A DNA stretch of 64,000 nucleotides, taken from the NCBI GenBank assembly GCA_024639185.1, contig JAHEIW010000006.1, forward strand, positions 10,647-74,646, read 5' to 3'. The notes beneath the pieces were generated by a model. The model searched no databases. It worked only from the letters and a program-made list of their open reading frames with translations, and had not been told where the DNA came from. Position numbers and translations under genes: made by a program. The stretch comes from Deltaproteobacteria bacterium (GTDB taxonomy: Bacteria; Desulfobacterota; Desulfobacteria; Desulfobacterales; JAHEIW01). Below, piece after piece: positions 37,089-47,399 of this stretch. Position 1 is the first letter of the stretch; each line of letters opens with the position of its first letter.

Positions 37089-37799
37089 ATGAATCGATTT
37101 CATATAAAAGCCGTCATCCTGGTATCATTGGGATTGGCCGCTTTTTTGATACCAGCGGCCAGTGCGGATATTTACTCCTGGATAGATGAAAACGGCGTGC
37201 GACATTTTACCAACCAGGCGCCGCCGAAACATGCCAAACTCCTGATTAAATCGCCTGAAATTTCGCATGATGATGAGGCGCATGAACGCCGCCTGGAAGA
37301 GGATAGGCTCGAGCTGGCCAGACAGGAACTGGCTGAAAGAGAAGCCTTTCTGTTGCAACAGCAGCTGGAAGCCGAAAGGCGACTTGCGGCTGCCAGTGCC
37401 CGCGCCGAAGCGGCGTTACAGCAAGCCGACCAGATCTTGCAGGAGGCTGAAGCTGCAGCGGAATCCCATAATAACGACAGCTGGGGCAGTTATGGGTATT
37501 ATTATCCCTATTACCGCATTGGCCATAGAAGACACTATGTAAGCCATTATCGCCATAAGAACCTGCTTCGCAAGCACCCTTATAAACACAGGCGGCATCC
37601 TCACAAGTACGGGCACAATAAGCACAAACGGTATTCCTCCAAATACAGGCACACTAACAAGCACCGCTCAAAAGAAAAATATCATAACCGTCACTATCGC
37701 AGCCCCAGCGGCAGAAGCCACCAGTCCCTGACGCGAGGTCGTTACACATCTCATCGCGCCAGGTCTGCGGCCTTTCGAGGGCGTCATGGTCGTTTCTGA
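37089..37799 (+). CDS. DUF4124-domain secreted protein with coiled coil and His/Tyr/Lys/Arg-rich tail
   Basis: Signal peptide. DIYSWIDENGVRHFTNQAPP. The tail is low-complexity HRRHYVSHYRHKNLLRKHPYKHRRHPHKYGHNKHKRY... Confidence 0.7.
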   Translation: MNRFHIKAVILVSLGLAAFLIPAASADIYSWIDENGVRHFTNQAPPKHAKLLIKSPEISHDDEAHERRLEEDRLELARQELAEREAFLLQQQLEAERRLAAASARAEAALQQADQILQEAEAAAESHNNDSWGSYGYYYPYYRIGHRRHYVSHYRHKNLLRKHPYKHRRHPHKYGHNKHKRYSSKYRHTNKHRSKEKYHNRHYRSPSGRSHQSLTRGRYTSHRARSAAFRGRHGRF

Positions 37800-37858
37800 T
37801 GGCTAACCGATATGATTATTCTAAAGTAGGGATGAAGCAAACGCTTCCCGACCGGCTG

Positions 37859-38725
37859 TTATTTGGGCTGTAAAAAATCCTGAATATTGATAATCTTCTG
37901 GCCGGAACTGAGGCTGCCCTTCATTTCAGCGGCAGTACCTCTCACTTTTGCCTTTCTGATTTGCTTGACCACGGCCTGAAGCTCCGCATTGTTTTGGATC
38001 AGCTGCTCAATTTGCACATGCAGTTTTTCCCAGCTGGCTTCCAGGTCCTCGGTGCTGAGCTCAAAGCCACCCAGTGCCCCAAGCAATTTCCCAAGGTGGG
38101 CTAAAATACCAAAATGGGTGGTTCCCTGCAGATAGTACGGGCAGTGACACCACAAACTCATGCAGGCAACATTTCTTTTCGCTCCTTCTGAATGGATGAT
38201 GGAATGAATGGCGCTGGGGCCCTGATAGGTAATTGAATTTACACCCTTTTTTTGCAGAGCCGACGCCAGGGTCGTATTGGATGAGATTGCTGAAATGACT
38301 CGATCCGTGTGCAGCACGTGATCGTACATACTGCCCATGGTGATAACGGTTTCGATTTTTAGCTTTTCACAAATATTGTAAAATTCATTGGCAAAGCCGA
38401 CCCAGCTAAGGTGGGGCTCATCGGCCTGCAAAATCACCAGATCGGGTTGATCGGCTGCCGTGCGCGCGGCATAAAAGGCACCTTCAGGCGGTGAAAAGCG
38501 CTTCAAGACCCCATCTTCGATATGCACCACCGGTCTCAATTCATCATAGCGGTAATAAACATCAGCATCCATGGCGGCAAATTGCCGGGCTTTGAACGAC
38601 CGAATCAGGTAAGCGGTCATGCCGCTTGAAATCTTAAGCGCGTTGCCCCAGCCGTCAAATCCGGCAATTAACACCGGATTTTTCAAATCAGGTAATTCCT
38701 GGATGTGGATGCCATTTGGACTCAT
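37859..38725 (-). CDS. PAC2 (proteasome assembly chaperone 2-like, COG1938) family protein
   Basis: MSPNGIHIQELPDLKNPVLIAGFDGWGNA... is typical of the PAC2 family. The longer ORF start at 38809 lies in repeat sequence. Confidence 0.7.
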   Translation of the reverse strand: MSPNGIHIQELPDLKNPVLIAGFDGWGNALKISSGMTAYLIRSFKARQFAAMDADVYYRYDELRPVVHIEDGVLKRFSPPEGAFYAARTAADQPDLVILQADEPHLSWVGFANEFYNICEKLKIETVITMGSMYDHVLHTDRVISAISSNTTLASALQKKGVNSITYQGPSAIHSIIHSEGAKRNVACMSLWCHCPYYLQGTTHFGILAHLGKLLGALGGFELSTEDLEASWEKLHVQIEQLIQNNAELQAVVKQIRKAKVRGTAAEMKGSLSSGQKIINIQDFLQPK

Positions 38726-39090
38726 GGGTGCAATTTGACATTCGTGTTTCAAATTGTCAAGCTGGACAGTCGCTGCGGGGAAAACATTGCCACAAAGACT
38801 CAAAGACACAAAGATAAAAATACTAAATTTGATTTTACGAAAACAATCTTTGTGAGCTCCGTGTTCTTCGTGGTGATAAAGAACTTAGCGAAATAAAGAA
38901 TTTGCCACCAAGACACAAAGGCGCGAAGAAAAAACACTATTTTTTTTATGAGATCTTTTTTCTGAACGTCGTACCTTTGTGGTGATATCAATATGCCATA
39001 TTTCTCATTTTTTTGATTTAATTTGTATATTATCTCTTCGGGTCTTTGTGTCTTAGTGGCTAAACCTGGATTGAAAAGGAGGATATTAAA

Positions 39091-39765
39091 TTGAATTCAG
39101 ACCTGCCCGACTGCATTGAAGTCAACCCATCCGGTGATCCGGCAGCAACCGTTATCTGGCTGCACGGCCTGGGGGCCGACGGCCATGATTTTGAAGCCAT
39201 CGTGCCTGAGCTGCATCTGCCGGACTCGCTTCCGGTGCGCTATATCTTCCCGCATGCGCCCATGCGGGCGGTCACCATCAACGGCGGTCTTGTCATGCGG
39301 GCCTGGTTTGATATTTTTGATGTGAATCTGGAAGCGGATTCAATCGATCATGATCAGTTCCTTGAATCGACCGGTATGCTCACGGCTTTGATTGAAAAAG
39401 AATTGCAGTCCGGTATGGCTTCTGATCGAATTGTGCTGGCCGGCTTCTCCCAGGGAGGGGCGGTTGTGCTGCATGCCGGCCTGCACTATGAAAAAAAACT
39501 GGCCGGCATTCTGGCCATGTCCATGCATCTGCCCACCGTAACGCAGTCGGCCGCGGAATTCAGTTCGGCCAACCGACAGGTGCCCATTATGATGGCCCAT
39601 GGTCAATCGGATCCCGTCATTCCGCTGCCCAAAGCAGTTGAAACCCGGCAGGCCCTCGGCGATCTGGGGTTTGCGGTCGACTGGCATGAATATCCCATGC
39701 CCCATGCGGTTTGTGCCGAAGAGATTGAAGATATTCGCACCTGGATACTCAAGGTATTAGCCTGA
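39091..39765 (+). CDS. Phospholipase/carboxylesterase-family alpha/beta hydrolase
   Basis: TTG start with an AAAGGAGG RBS. VIWLHGLGADGHDF, nucleophile elbow GFSQGG, and a catalytic His near the C-terminus. Confidence 0.85.
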   Translation: MNSDLPDCIEVNPSGDPAATVIWLHGLGADGHDFEAIVPELHLPDSLPVRYIFPHAPMRAVTINGGLVMRAWFDIFDVNLEADSIDHDQFLESTGMLTALIEKELQSGMASDRIVLAGFSQGGAVVLHAGLHYEKKLAGILAMSMHLPTVTQSAAEFSSANRQVPIMMAHGQSDPVIPLPKAVETRQALGDLGFAVDWHEYPMPHAVCAEEIEDIRTWILKVLA

Positions 39766-40012
39766 GATTCCCATAGTGAGCTATTCAACAACTATACTTG
39801 GTTTTAAATGGAGGGCGTATATTGAATTGATTTAATTGTTTTAGATTCGATCAAGTTATCCACAAAATTTTGAAATAGTACATAACCAATTAATATTAAT
39901 AGAAATATAAGCGTTTGTTACGGGTACATAGCCGCAAACTAATATTCTGTAACTTTAAATATTTCATCAAATAATCCAAAAATCGGCTTTATAAGATGAC
40001 GGGTCTATTGCA

Positions 40013-40669
40013 TTAAGACAGAAATGCCATCAGCCTTTTGGATGCCTTGCGAAGATGGATAGTAAGCTGTTTGCTTGCAGTATCAATATTTCGTCTTTTA
40101 CACGCGTTGAATATGGCCAGATGTTCTTTCTGGGAAATATCCTGCATGGATAGCCGGTCGAGATAAATGATCAAGTAGCGTGTTACGTTGTTGTGAAGCA
40201 TTTCAATTGTATTCAACAATCGGGGCATTTGGGATGCCTGGTATAGTGTCGCATGAAACTCCCAGTTCAGCTCACTCCATTGGGTACGGTCCTTTTCTTT
40301 TTCAAGAATCTCTAAAACACTTTTGGCCCGGATAAAATCCGCTGAACTCAAATTAGGAATCGCTCTTTCAAGAGCTTTGGTCTCCAGCGCAATGCGCATG
40401 GTGAATATTTCATCGACCTCGTTAGCGGAAAGCTCGGTTACTACTGCACCACGGTTTGGCATGAAATTGACTAATCCCTCTGCCTTCAGCTGTACCAATG
40501 CTTCACGTAATGGGATTTTGCTGACTCCTAATTTTTGAGCTATATGGTCTTGACGAAGGGGTTGGTTAGCTTTATATCGCCCTTGCAAAATTGCGTTGCG
40601 CAAAGCATTTGCAATTAGGTCGGGTGTATTCGCAGGATCTTTCTGAAATAATGATGCTTTTTTATTCAT
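40013..40669 (-). CDS. GntR-family (FCD-type) transcriptional regulator
   Basis: Winged HTH LRQDHIAQKLGVSKIPLREALVQLKAEGLV, followed by a helical FCD-like domain. Confidence 0.85.
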   Translation of the reverse strand: MNKKASLFQKDPANTPDLIANALRNAILQGRYKANQPLRQDHIAQKLGVSKIPLREALVQLKAEGLVNFMPNRGAVVTELSANEVDEIFTMRIALETKALERAIPNLSSADFIRAKSVLEILEKEKDRTQWSELNWEFHATLYQASQMPRLLNTIEMLHNNVTRYLIIYLDRLSMQDISQKEHLAIFNACKRRNIDTASKQLTIHLRKASKRLMAFLS

Positions 40670-40736
40670 CTTAACCTCTATGTGTCATCACATGTGCTGA
40701 ATTTTGCTTTGAGCTTGTTAACGGTCATTTCGGACA

Positions 40737-41750
40737 TTAGCCGTTTCGATAAATATAGCTGTACGCGTTAATTGCCGGTACACCGCCAAGATGGGCATAG
40801 AGGACCTTCGATCCATCTGGGAAATAATCCTTTCGGACAAGATCAATTAGACCCTGCATGGATTTTCCTTCATAGACCGGATCTGTCATCATGCCTTCCA
40901 TGCGAGCGCAAAGCCGAATAGCTTCATTAGTCGCTTCTGACGGTATTCCATATGCCGGATAGGCGTAGTCCTCCACCAAAACAATATCATCGGCTGTAAT
41001 TTCCCGTCCGAGTTCAACCAATTCAGCTGTTTGCTGCGCTATTGAATGCACCTGCACCTTGGTTTGTTCAGGTGTAGCTGAGGCGTCGATACCAATAACA
41101 TTGCGAGCCCTGCCATCCTTGGAAAATCCGACCGACATCCCGGCATGTGTGGAGCCTGTTACGGTACAGACAATAATAAAGTCAAATTTGAATCCAAGAT
41201 CGGCCTCCTGCTGGCGAACCTCTTCGGCGAAGCCAACATAGCCGAGACCGCCATATTTGTGCACCGAAGCACCAGCCGGTATGGCATATGGTTTTCCGCC
41301 TTTTGCTTTCACTTCTTCCAAGGCACGTTCCCAGCTCTCGCGGATACCAATATCAAATCCTTCCTCGACGAAGTTAATCTCTGCTCCCATCACACGGCTC
41401 ATCAGGATGTTTCCAACCCGGTCGTAGACGGCATCTTGAAATGGAACCCAGCTTTCTTGAACGAGGAGGCACTTCATGCCTATTTTAGCCGCGACAGCCG
41501 CAACCTGGCGAGTATGATTTGACTGAACGCCACCGATCGATACCAGCGTGTCGGCGTTCGAGGCGATGGCGTCGGGGACGATATATTCGAGTTTTCGAAT
41601 CTTGTTGCCACCAAACGCGAGTCCGGAGTTGCAATCCTCCCGTTTGGCATACAGTTCGATATTGCCGCCGAGACTCTCTGAAAGACGATTTAGTTTCTCA
41701 ATCGGCGTTGGGCCGAACATAAGTGGATAGCGTTCGAATTTTTTCAGCAT
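40737..41750 (-). CDS. acdS: 1-aminocyclopropane-1-carboxylate deaminase
   Basis: Very close to the canonical AcdS pattern: [13 protein letters not shown]...[31 protein letters not shown]...[18 protein letters not shown]...[12 protein letters not shown]...[16 protein letters not shown]. Confidence 0.85.
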   Translation of the reverse strand: MLKKFERYPLMFGPTPIEKLNRLSESLGGNIELYAKREDCNSGLAFGGNKIRKLEYIVPDAIASNADTLVSIGGVQSNHTRQVAAVAAKIGMKCLLVQESWVPFQDAVYDRVGNILMSRVMGAEINFVEEGFDIGIRESWERALEEVKAKGGKPYAIPAGASVHKYGGLGYVGFAEEVRQQEADLGFKFDFIIVCTVTGSTHAGMSVGFSKDGRARNVIGIDASATPEQTKVQVHSIAQQTAELVELGREITADDIVLVEDYAYPAYGIPSEATNEAIRLCARMEGMMTDPVYEGKSMQGLIDLVRKDYFPDGSKVLYAHLGGVPAINAYSYIYRNG

Positions 41751-41815
41751 CGTAACCCCCCATCACTTATTTTTCATTATGGTTTTTGATTATATCTATT
41801 AATATTTAATTTATT

Positions 41816-41854
41816 ATAATAGTATACGAACTTACAAATAATATAATAGTATAC
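41816..41854. promoter_or_regulatory. Two direct 12-bp repeats ATAATAGTATAC, candidate GntR operators upstream of acdS
   Basis: Repeats at 41816-41827 and 41843-41854. Each contains the GTATAC palindrome, which fits the GT-N-AC core generally associated with GntR-family operators. Confidence 0.35.
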
Positions 41855-41997
41855 AATTTGTCAAGAGTTTTTTACAGTGAAAAATGATAGATTCGGATAT
41901 ATTATCTAACTATTCCAGACTTGCCTAAAATGGTAGGTTACGTACCTGACGCTTTAATACGTGAGATGCCGTACCATAGAGAGTTTGATTTGTTAAG

Positions 41998-44316
41998 CTA
42001 ATTAGAACGGGTTTCTAAATTTTTCTCGATAATGTTCAACATATCACGCCCGATTCGTTGGGTGGGGTGTCGCGCCACCATTTCTTCTGCAATACTTCTG
42101 GCTTGCTGCAATTTATTTCGCTTTAAATAAAAATCGGCAAGCGCATAAAGGTAATCTAAATTATCCGGTTCCAGCTCCTGTGCTTTGAGCAAAGATGTCT
42201 CCGCATCTGAATCTTGCCTGAGATGCTGCAGCAATAATCCGAGATTGTAATGGACCCTGGCCCTATTGGGCAGACCTTTAGCCGCTTGTTTTAAATAATT
42301 AGCCGCTTCCGCATACTTTTTCTCTTCCGCCAGCAGCAATCCAAGAGAGTATTGCACCTCGTACATTTCAGGATGGGAAGTTACCACTTCACGCAGCAGT
42401 GTCTCAGCTTTGTCATTCTGGCCCATTTGATTGTACATCATGGCCAGGTTGACTTTGGCCGGATAAAACAGATTATCGATTTTAATGGCGGCCTGATAGC
42501 TTTCAACAGCCTTTTGGGGCTGTTTCAGCGCAACATAAAGATTTGCCAGATTGTAGCGCCCAAAGGCGAAATCCGCCGAATATTCCATCGATTTTTGATA
42601 TTCTTCCAGGGAATATTGAAATACCAATTTCTGGACATCATCCAGCCGGGGAGCGGCAATTTCAGTCATCCGCCGGGCCGCTTCTATGCGCACGGCTTTG
42701 ACCGGGTCGTAAAGCATGGATGTCAGAATGGCAGTCTGACGTTTAGGATCGGTAACATTTAGGTGATCGACGGCCGTCCGTCGAATCAGGGCTTCATCAT
42801 CCATCAGTGCCAGTTCATATGCCCGGCTGGTTTCTTTGCCGGGGTATGCTGCCAGAAGCGAAAGTGCAGTTGAACGCACGATTACCGGATACAAGGGATC
42901 TACGGCCAGTTTGATGAGAATTTCATGCGCATCGGGTGATCTTTTGCGCCCTTCATCAATGATCATACCGTAATGAGCCCTGCGGCCCGGGCCGTACCAC
43001 TTGGTAATATATTCATCAGACCATTGATCGGTTTTGTCAACATGACAGCGGTTGCAGGCATTGGGGGTGCCCAGCTTGATGCTCAGATCCGGTCGCGGTA
43101 TTCGAAAGCTGTGGTCTGCGCGGTAATCAATCACCATATAGGGCCGCTCCGGCATATGGCACTGGACACATTCAGCGCCGCTGCCCACATCAAAAAGCAC
43201 CTTACCATCCGCTGATTTAATCGGCTCCCCTTTTTCCCCCTTGCCCTTGTGAAAGTGGTGGGCTTTGGCGTCATAAATGCTGGCCCGATGGCACTGCAAA
43301 CAAAGCGCGTTGCCCTCTTTGACCTTTTTGACGCTGTGCACATCATGGCAATCACTACAGCGCACGTTGCGGCGGTACATCTTGCTCTGGGTAAAGGAGC
43401 CATAAACATAAACCTCTTCCAGGATCTGGCCATCGGCAAAATACAGCTCAGCGGTCAGCAGACTGGGCAGCATGCTGTCCAGTAGATCCGGTTCGGCATG
43501 GGTGTAATCTCCCAGAATCGCGCGACGGGAGTGACAGGGTGCGCACAGCTCTACCTGTTCACGCGAATTCATCCCCTTTGCTTTGACTACCAGTTCGTAA
43601 TCGGCGGTCTGAGGCCGGGCCATATCCGGCAGCTCGGCCCACTCCACGTGACGCGAACCGGGCCCGTGGCACGCTTCACAGCTGACATCGATTTCCGACC
43701 AGGTAGTTTGGTAAGCGTCGCTCTTAATGTCATAGTTCTTTTTCAGGTTGGTGGAATGGCACTCGGCACACATACCGTTCCAGTTCTGGCCGGCATTGGT
43801 CCAGTACAGCCAATCTTTTGGATCAATGGAAGTCTCCGGATACAGGTGATACCATTTCTTTTCTTTTACATCCCAGGTAATGGGCAAACATTGCAGGCGC
43901 CCACCAGGAAAGGGCACCAGATATTGTTGCAGGGGGTACCATCCGAATGTATGGGTGATTTCAAACTCGCCCATTTTGCCGTCCGGCCCCTGTGTGTGAA
44001 CAAAAAATTTATCGCCCTTACGATAGAAACGGGTTGTGACACCGTGAAATTCGACAGGCACATTGTTAAAATTACCTAACACTGTCTCATTATTGGCAAC
44101 ATCCATGGCGCGGTCGTGATGGGAATTTTGCCACTTGTCGTATTCGGCCCTGTGGCAATCCATGCATTTTTTGCTGCCGGCAAAAGTGGCGACATACCGA
44201 GGTGCGGGAGGACGGGGGAAGTATTTTTCCTTCAGCATATAGGCCGGTATGGAGAGAATGATAACAAGTGTGGCAATCAGTCCAGTTATTTTCCAGTGAG
44301 TCATAAAATTTACCAC
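41998..44316 (-). CDS. Membrane-anchored octahaem c-type cytochrome fused to HEAT/TPR repeats
   Basis: Eight CxxCH motifs (CMDCH, CAECH, CEACH, CAPCH, CSDCH, CLQCH, CVQCH, CNRCH). N-terminal TM helix. The C-terminal ~300 aa are TPR-like. Confidence 0.85.
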   Translation of the reverse strand: MVNFMTHWKITGLIATLVIILSIPAYMLKEKYFPRPPAPRYVATFAGSKKCMDCHRAEYDKWQNSHHDRAMDVANNETVLGNFNNVPVEFHGVTTRFYRKGDKFFVHTQGPDGKMGEFEITHTFGWYPLQQYLVPFPGGRLQCLPITWDVKEKKWYHLYPETSIDPKDWLYWTNAGQNWNGMCAECHSTNLKKNYDIKSDAYQTTWSEIDVSCEACHGPGSRHVEWAELPDMARPQTADYELVVKAKGMNSREQVELCAPCHSRRAILGDYTHAEPDLLDSMLPSLLTAELYFADGQILEEVYVYGSFTQSKMYRRNVRCSDCHDVHSVKKVKEGNALCLQCHRASIYDAKAHHFHKGKGEKGEPIKSADGKVLFDVGSGAECVQCHMPERPYMVIDYRADHSFRIPRPDLSIKLGTPNACNRCHVDKTDQWSDEYITKWYGPGRRAHYGMIIDEGRKRSPDAHEILIKLAVDPLYPVIVRSTALSLLAAYPGKETSRAYELALMDDEALIRRTAVDHLNVTDPKRQTAILTSMLYDPVKAVRIEAARRMTEIAAPRLDDVQKLVFQYSLEEYQKSMEYSADFAFGRYNLANLYVALKQPQKAVESYQAAIKIDNLFYPAKVNLAMMYNQMGQNDKAETLLREVVTSHPEMYEVQYSLGLLLAEEKKYAEAANYLKQAAKGLPNRARVHYNLGLLLQHLRQDSDAETSLLKAQELEPDNLDYLYALADFYLKRNKLQQARSIAEEMVARHPTQRIGRDMLNIIEKNLETRSN

Positions 44317-44365
44317 AGAAACAGGGGTAATTTAAATGTATTCCGTTTACCGTGTACCTTGAGTA

Positions 44366-44890
44366 TTAGGCCTTTTTCTTATGATACACCACCTGCTCGA
44401 CTTGAAATGCGCTGCGCTTTATCGGATTGCGCGTGTCTACTTTTACAATTCTGTTTTCAATGGTTATTGGATAGATATCCAGCGCCCGGGGAGCCGGTGC
44501 CTCGAGGACATTGCCGGTGATATCAAAAGCCGAACCATGACAGGGACAGGCAAATTTCATCTCTTTTTCCATCCAGGGGACCGAGCAGCCCAGGTGGGTG
44601 CATGTACGCGATATAGCTAGAAACCCGCCGTCTTCCAGCCGCGCCAGATAAAATTTTCCTCTCACAAATGCGGTAACCGAATTGGGTCTAAATCTTTCAA
44701 CCGCCCCGGCAGTGAAAATTAAATCAGTGTTTTCTCCTGGGGTTTTCGATTTAGCCGGCCGCAGAAAAGCAAATGCCACGGCGACAAATTCAGCCACGGC
44801 AACACCACCCAAAATTATCCAGAAGATATTTAAAAATCTTCTTCTGTTTGGCGCAGCTTCTGATTTCATTTCCTCAGTGTTCTTTGACAT
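44366..44890 (-). CDS. Rieske [2Fe-2S] subunit of a cytochrome bc-type complex
   Basis: CTHLGCSVPW ... CPCHGSAF, with an N-terminal TM helix. Confidence 0.9.
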   Translation of the reverse strand: MSKNTEEMKSEAAPNRRRFLNIFWIILGGVAVAEFVAVAFAFLRPAKSKTPGENTDLIFTAGAVERFRPNSVTAFVRGKFYLARLEDGGFLAISRTCTHLGCSVPWMEKEMKFACPCHGSAFDITGNVLEAPAPRALDIYPITIENRIVKVDTRNPIKRSAFQVEQVVYHKKKA

Positions 44891-44975
44891 AATTTTTTTT
44901 TGTTAAAGTTGAGAATCCGCTTAATCCTATTATCCTGTCCAATTTTTTTCTTAACACTGACCTCTGACTTCTGAA

Positions 44976-46358
44976 TTACGGCCATATCAGCGCCATTCCC
45001 TTTCCGCGAAACCAGATACCGGTGATCGTCAGAATAACAAAGGCCACCACCAATAGGACGAAAACGGATTGAATAGATTCGTTATTTGTCGCTGCGTATT
45101 TTTTCTTCACCAGCCAATAAAACATGCTGATACCCGCCAGAACAATGGCTGCCGGCAAAATTCCGTTACTCACAACCGAAGGCTGACCGGGTAGCCAGGC
45201 TGCAAAATCAATTACAAATTCATCGGCAATGATTCCTATCGGCGTAATGATAACAGCAGTTAAGGCCGCCACAGCCGTCATACGCCGGCCCCGGTGTGAG
45301 GCGAACCACACTCCGGCTGTATCTGTTTGATAATTTAAATAAGGAATGCTAACCAGGGCAATCAACATAAAAACCGGTATGATGAACAGCGCAAACAGCG
45401 GGTGAAAGTGCAGAAGCAGTTCCTGGACGCCAGCAAAGTACCAGGGCGCTTTGGTCGGGTTGGGGCTCAGCCCCGGATTAGCCTTGGCTTCCAGGGGAGC
45501 ATTAAAGATGACCGAAATCGCCATGATAGCGGCGATTAAAACTAAGGCAACGACGATTTCTCTTAAAATCAAGTTTGGAATAGTGGGTACCTTATCATCC
45601 TCGCTGTCTTCGTCTTCATCCGGTCTGCGGGGAATGACCAAGCCGCCGGCTTTACGCACCCGCCAAAAGTGCCATGGCATCAAAACAAGAAGACAGGCGG
45701 GAATGATGGCTGTATGGATGGCAAAGAAAATGGATATCGTGGCCGGTCCGATTTCGTTACCGCCTCGGATGAGCTTTTGCAGCCATTCGCCAATTCCAGG
45801 AACATAATCCAGCATGCCGGTGCAAATCGTAATGGCCCAAAAGGCAAGCTGGTCCCAGGGCAGCAGGTATCCGGTAATATTTGAAGTTAATACTGCCAGA
45901 AACATTACCAGACCGATGACCCAGTTGAACTGCCGCGGCGAATGAAATGCGCCGGTAAAAAATACCCGCGAAAGGTGTAAAAAAACGATAATTAACAGGA
46001 TGTTGCCGCTCCAGTGATGAACATTGCGGATCAGCTGGCCAAAGAGCACATTATTTTGCAGATGAATAATCGACTCGTAGGCGCGGTCGGGAACCGGTTG
46101 GTAAACGAATTTCAACATCAATCCTGTAGCAAACAGCATGCACACCAGCACCACGGCCATGCCACCAAGACCCCATGTCAAGGTGAATCGGAGGGTGCGT
46201 TGCTGAACGTTTCGGGGACGAAAGTGAAGAATCAGGCTGTTGAAAAAGTTTCGATAACGATCACGATACGCTGGTCTTTGCAGCGTGCCGGGAAAAATGG
46301 AATAGCGGATACGCTGGAACAGGTTGAGCTGATCTGGCATGGCAGTATTTTCTTGCAT
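44976..46358 (-). CDS. Cytochrome b (fused b6 + subunit IV-like) of a bc-type complex
   Basis: 460 aa, polytopic. NVHHWSGNILLIIVFLHLSRVFFTGAF and later ...FFAIHTAIIP carry the haem-ligand His pairs. Confidence 0.85.
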   Translation of the reverse strand: MQENTAMPDQLNLFQRIRYSIFPGTLQRPAYRDRYRNFFNSLILHFRPRNVQQRTLRFTLTWGLGGMAVVLVCMLFATGLMLKFVYQPVPDRAYESIIHLQNNVLFGQLIRNVHHWSGNILLIIVFLHLSRVFFTGAFHSPRQFNWVIGLVMFLAVLTSNITGYLLPWDQLAFWAITICTGMLDYVPGIGEWLQKLIRGGNEIGPATISIFFAIHTAIIPACLLVLMPWHFWRVRKAGGLVIPRRPDEDEDSEDDKVPTIPNLILREIVVALVLIAAIMAISVIFNAPLEAKANPGLSPNPTKAPWYFAGVQELLLHFHPLFALFIIPVFMLIALVSIPYLNYQTDTAGVWFASHRGRRMTAVAALTAVIITPIGIIADEFVIDFAAWLPGQPSVVSNGILPAAIVLAGISMFYWLVKKKYAATNNESIQSVFVLLVVAFVILTITGIWFRGKGMALIWP

Positions 46359-46596
46359 ACAGAACGCTTTCTAAAAATCGGGTGAATTGTTAAATATAAA
46401 CGCAATTCATAGCGCGCAGACATTTGACTGTCAATGCCAGAGCCAAACACGGATAGCGAAATGATAGATTTCGTACACACATCTCAAAATTTTACTGCCT
46501 TCTGGCTTTTCAGGTTGTCGCGTTGAGCCCGTTAAAATGAGATGCTCGCGGGGATGATCTTCAACCGGTAAACGGGTTCAACCTTTTTGATATAAT

Positions 46597-47232
46597 TCAC
46601 AGGCGGATTGCCAGACATAACCCGTCATATTCGGGCGAGTGGTAGGGCAGGTAGGAAAAAAGCGATACGGAGCGCCAATCGGGTTGTCTGGCAATAGCGC
46701 GATTAAACCCATCGGCGTCTTTAAACCCAACATTATCGGCCACCAGCAAGCCGCCTTGCCGCAAACAGTTCTGAAAATGCGGCAGTGCGAGCTGATAATC
46801 CTGCTTTTCAATATCCATAAAAATCAGGTCAAAGACGGTGTCCAGCTGCGTCAGTTCCTGCATCGCATCACATACTCGCAGCTCGATGCGTTTTTGTAAA
46901 CCGGCTACCTGAAAATTTTTGAGCGCCTTTTCAGCCATGGCCGCGTCCTGCTCGAGGGTTACGACCAGCCCGTCAGTAGCATCACAGGCGCTTGCCAGGA
47001 AAATAGCCGAATATCCGGTGGCCGTGCCCAGTTCGAGAATCCGTTTGGCGCCGCTGATACGGGCCAGGATATACAGCAATTCGCCTACGATCGGTCCGAT
47101 AATGGGGATGGCGTCCCGCCGGGCTTCTTCTTCCAGTTCCATCAGCAGCGCGCTTCGCTCGGGAACAAACTGCGAAAAATAAGCTTCGGGATTGTCGACG
47201 ATGGCGGACATGACACCTCCTTGGTCTTGCAT
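46597..47232 (-). CDS. Class I SAM-dependent O-methyltransferase (caffeoyl-CoA OMT-like)
   Basis: RILELGTATGYSAIFLA SAM motif, followed by FDLIFMDIEK. Confidence 0.8.
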   Translation of the reverse strand: MQDQGGVMSAIVDNPEAYFSQFVPERSALLMELEEEARRDAIPIIGPIVGELLYILARISGAKRILELGTATGYSAIFLASACDATDGLVVTLEQDAAMAEKALKNFQVAGLQKRIELRVCDAMQELTQLDTVFDLIFMDIEKQDYQLALPHFQNCLRQGGLLVADNVGFKDADGFNRAIARQPDWRSVSLFSYLPYHSPEYDGLCLAIRL

Positions 47233-47399
47233 TTTGCGCTGGCGCCAAAAGCAGCCACAACGCCAGCCCTTCTATAGTGGTTGTCAAAAAAACGTTCCGA
47301 TTGCGGAACGTTTTTTTGCTACAACACTTATGCCGTCATCCTTTTTTGCGTTATTCCGAACATTTTTATGACAATCGGTATATTTTACGGTCGGCGCAT

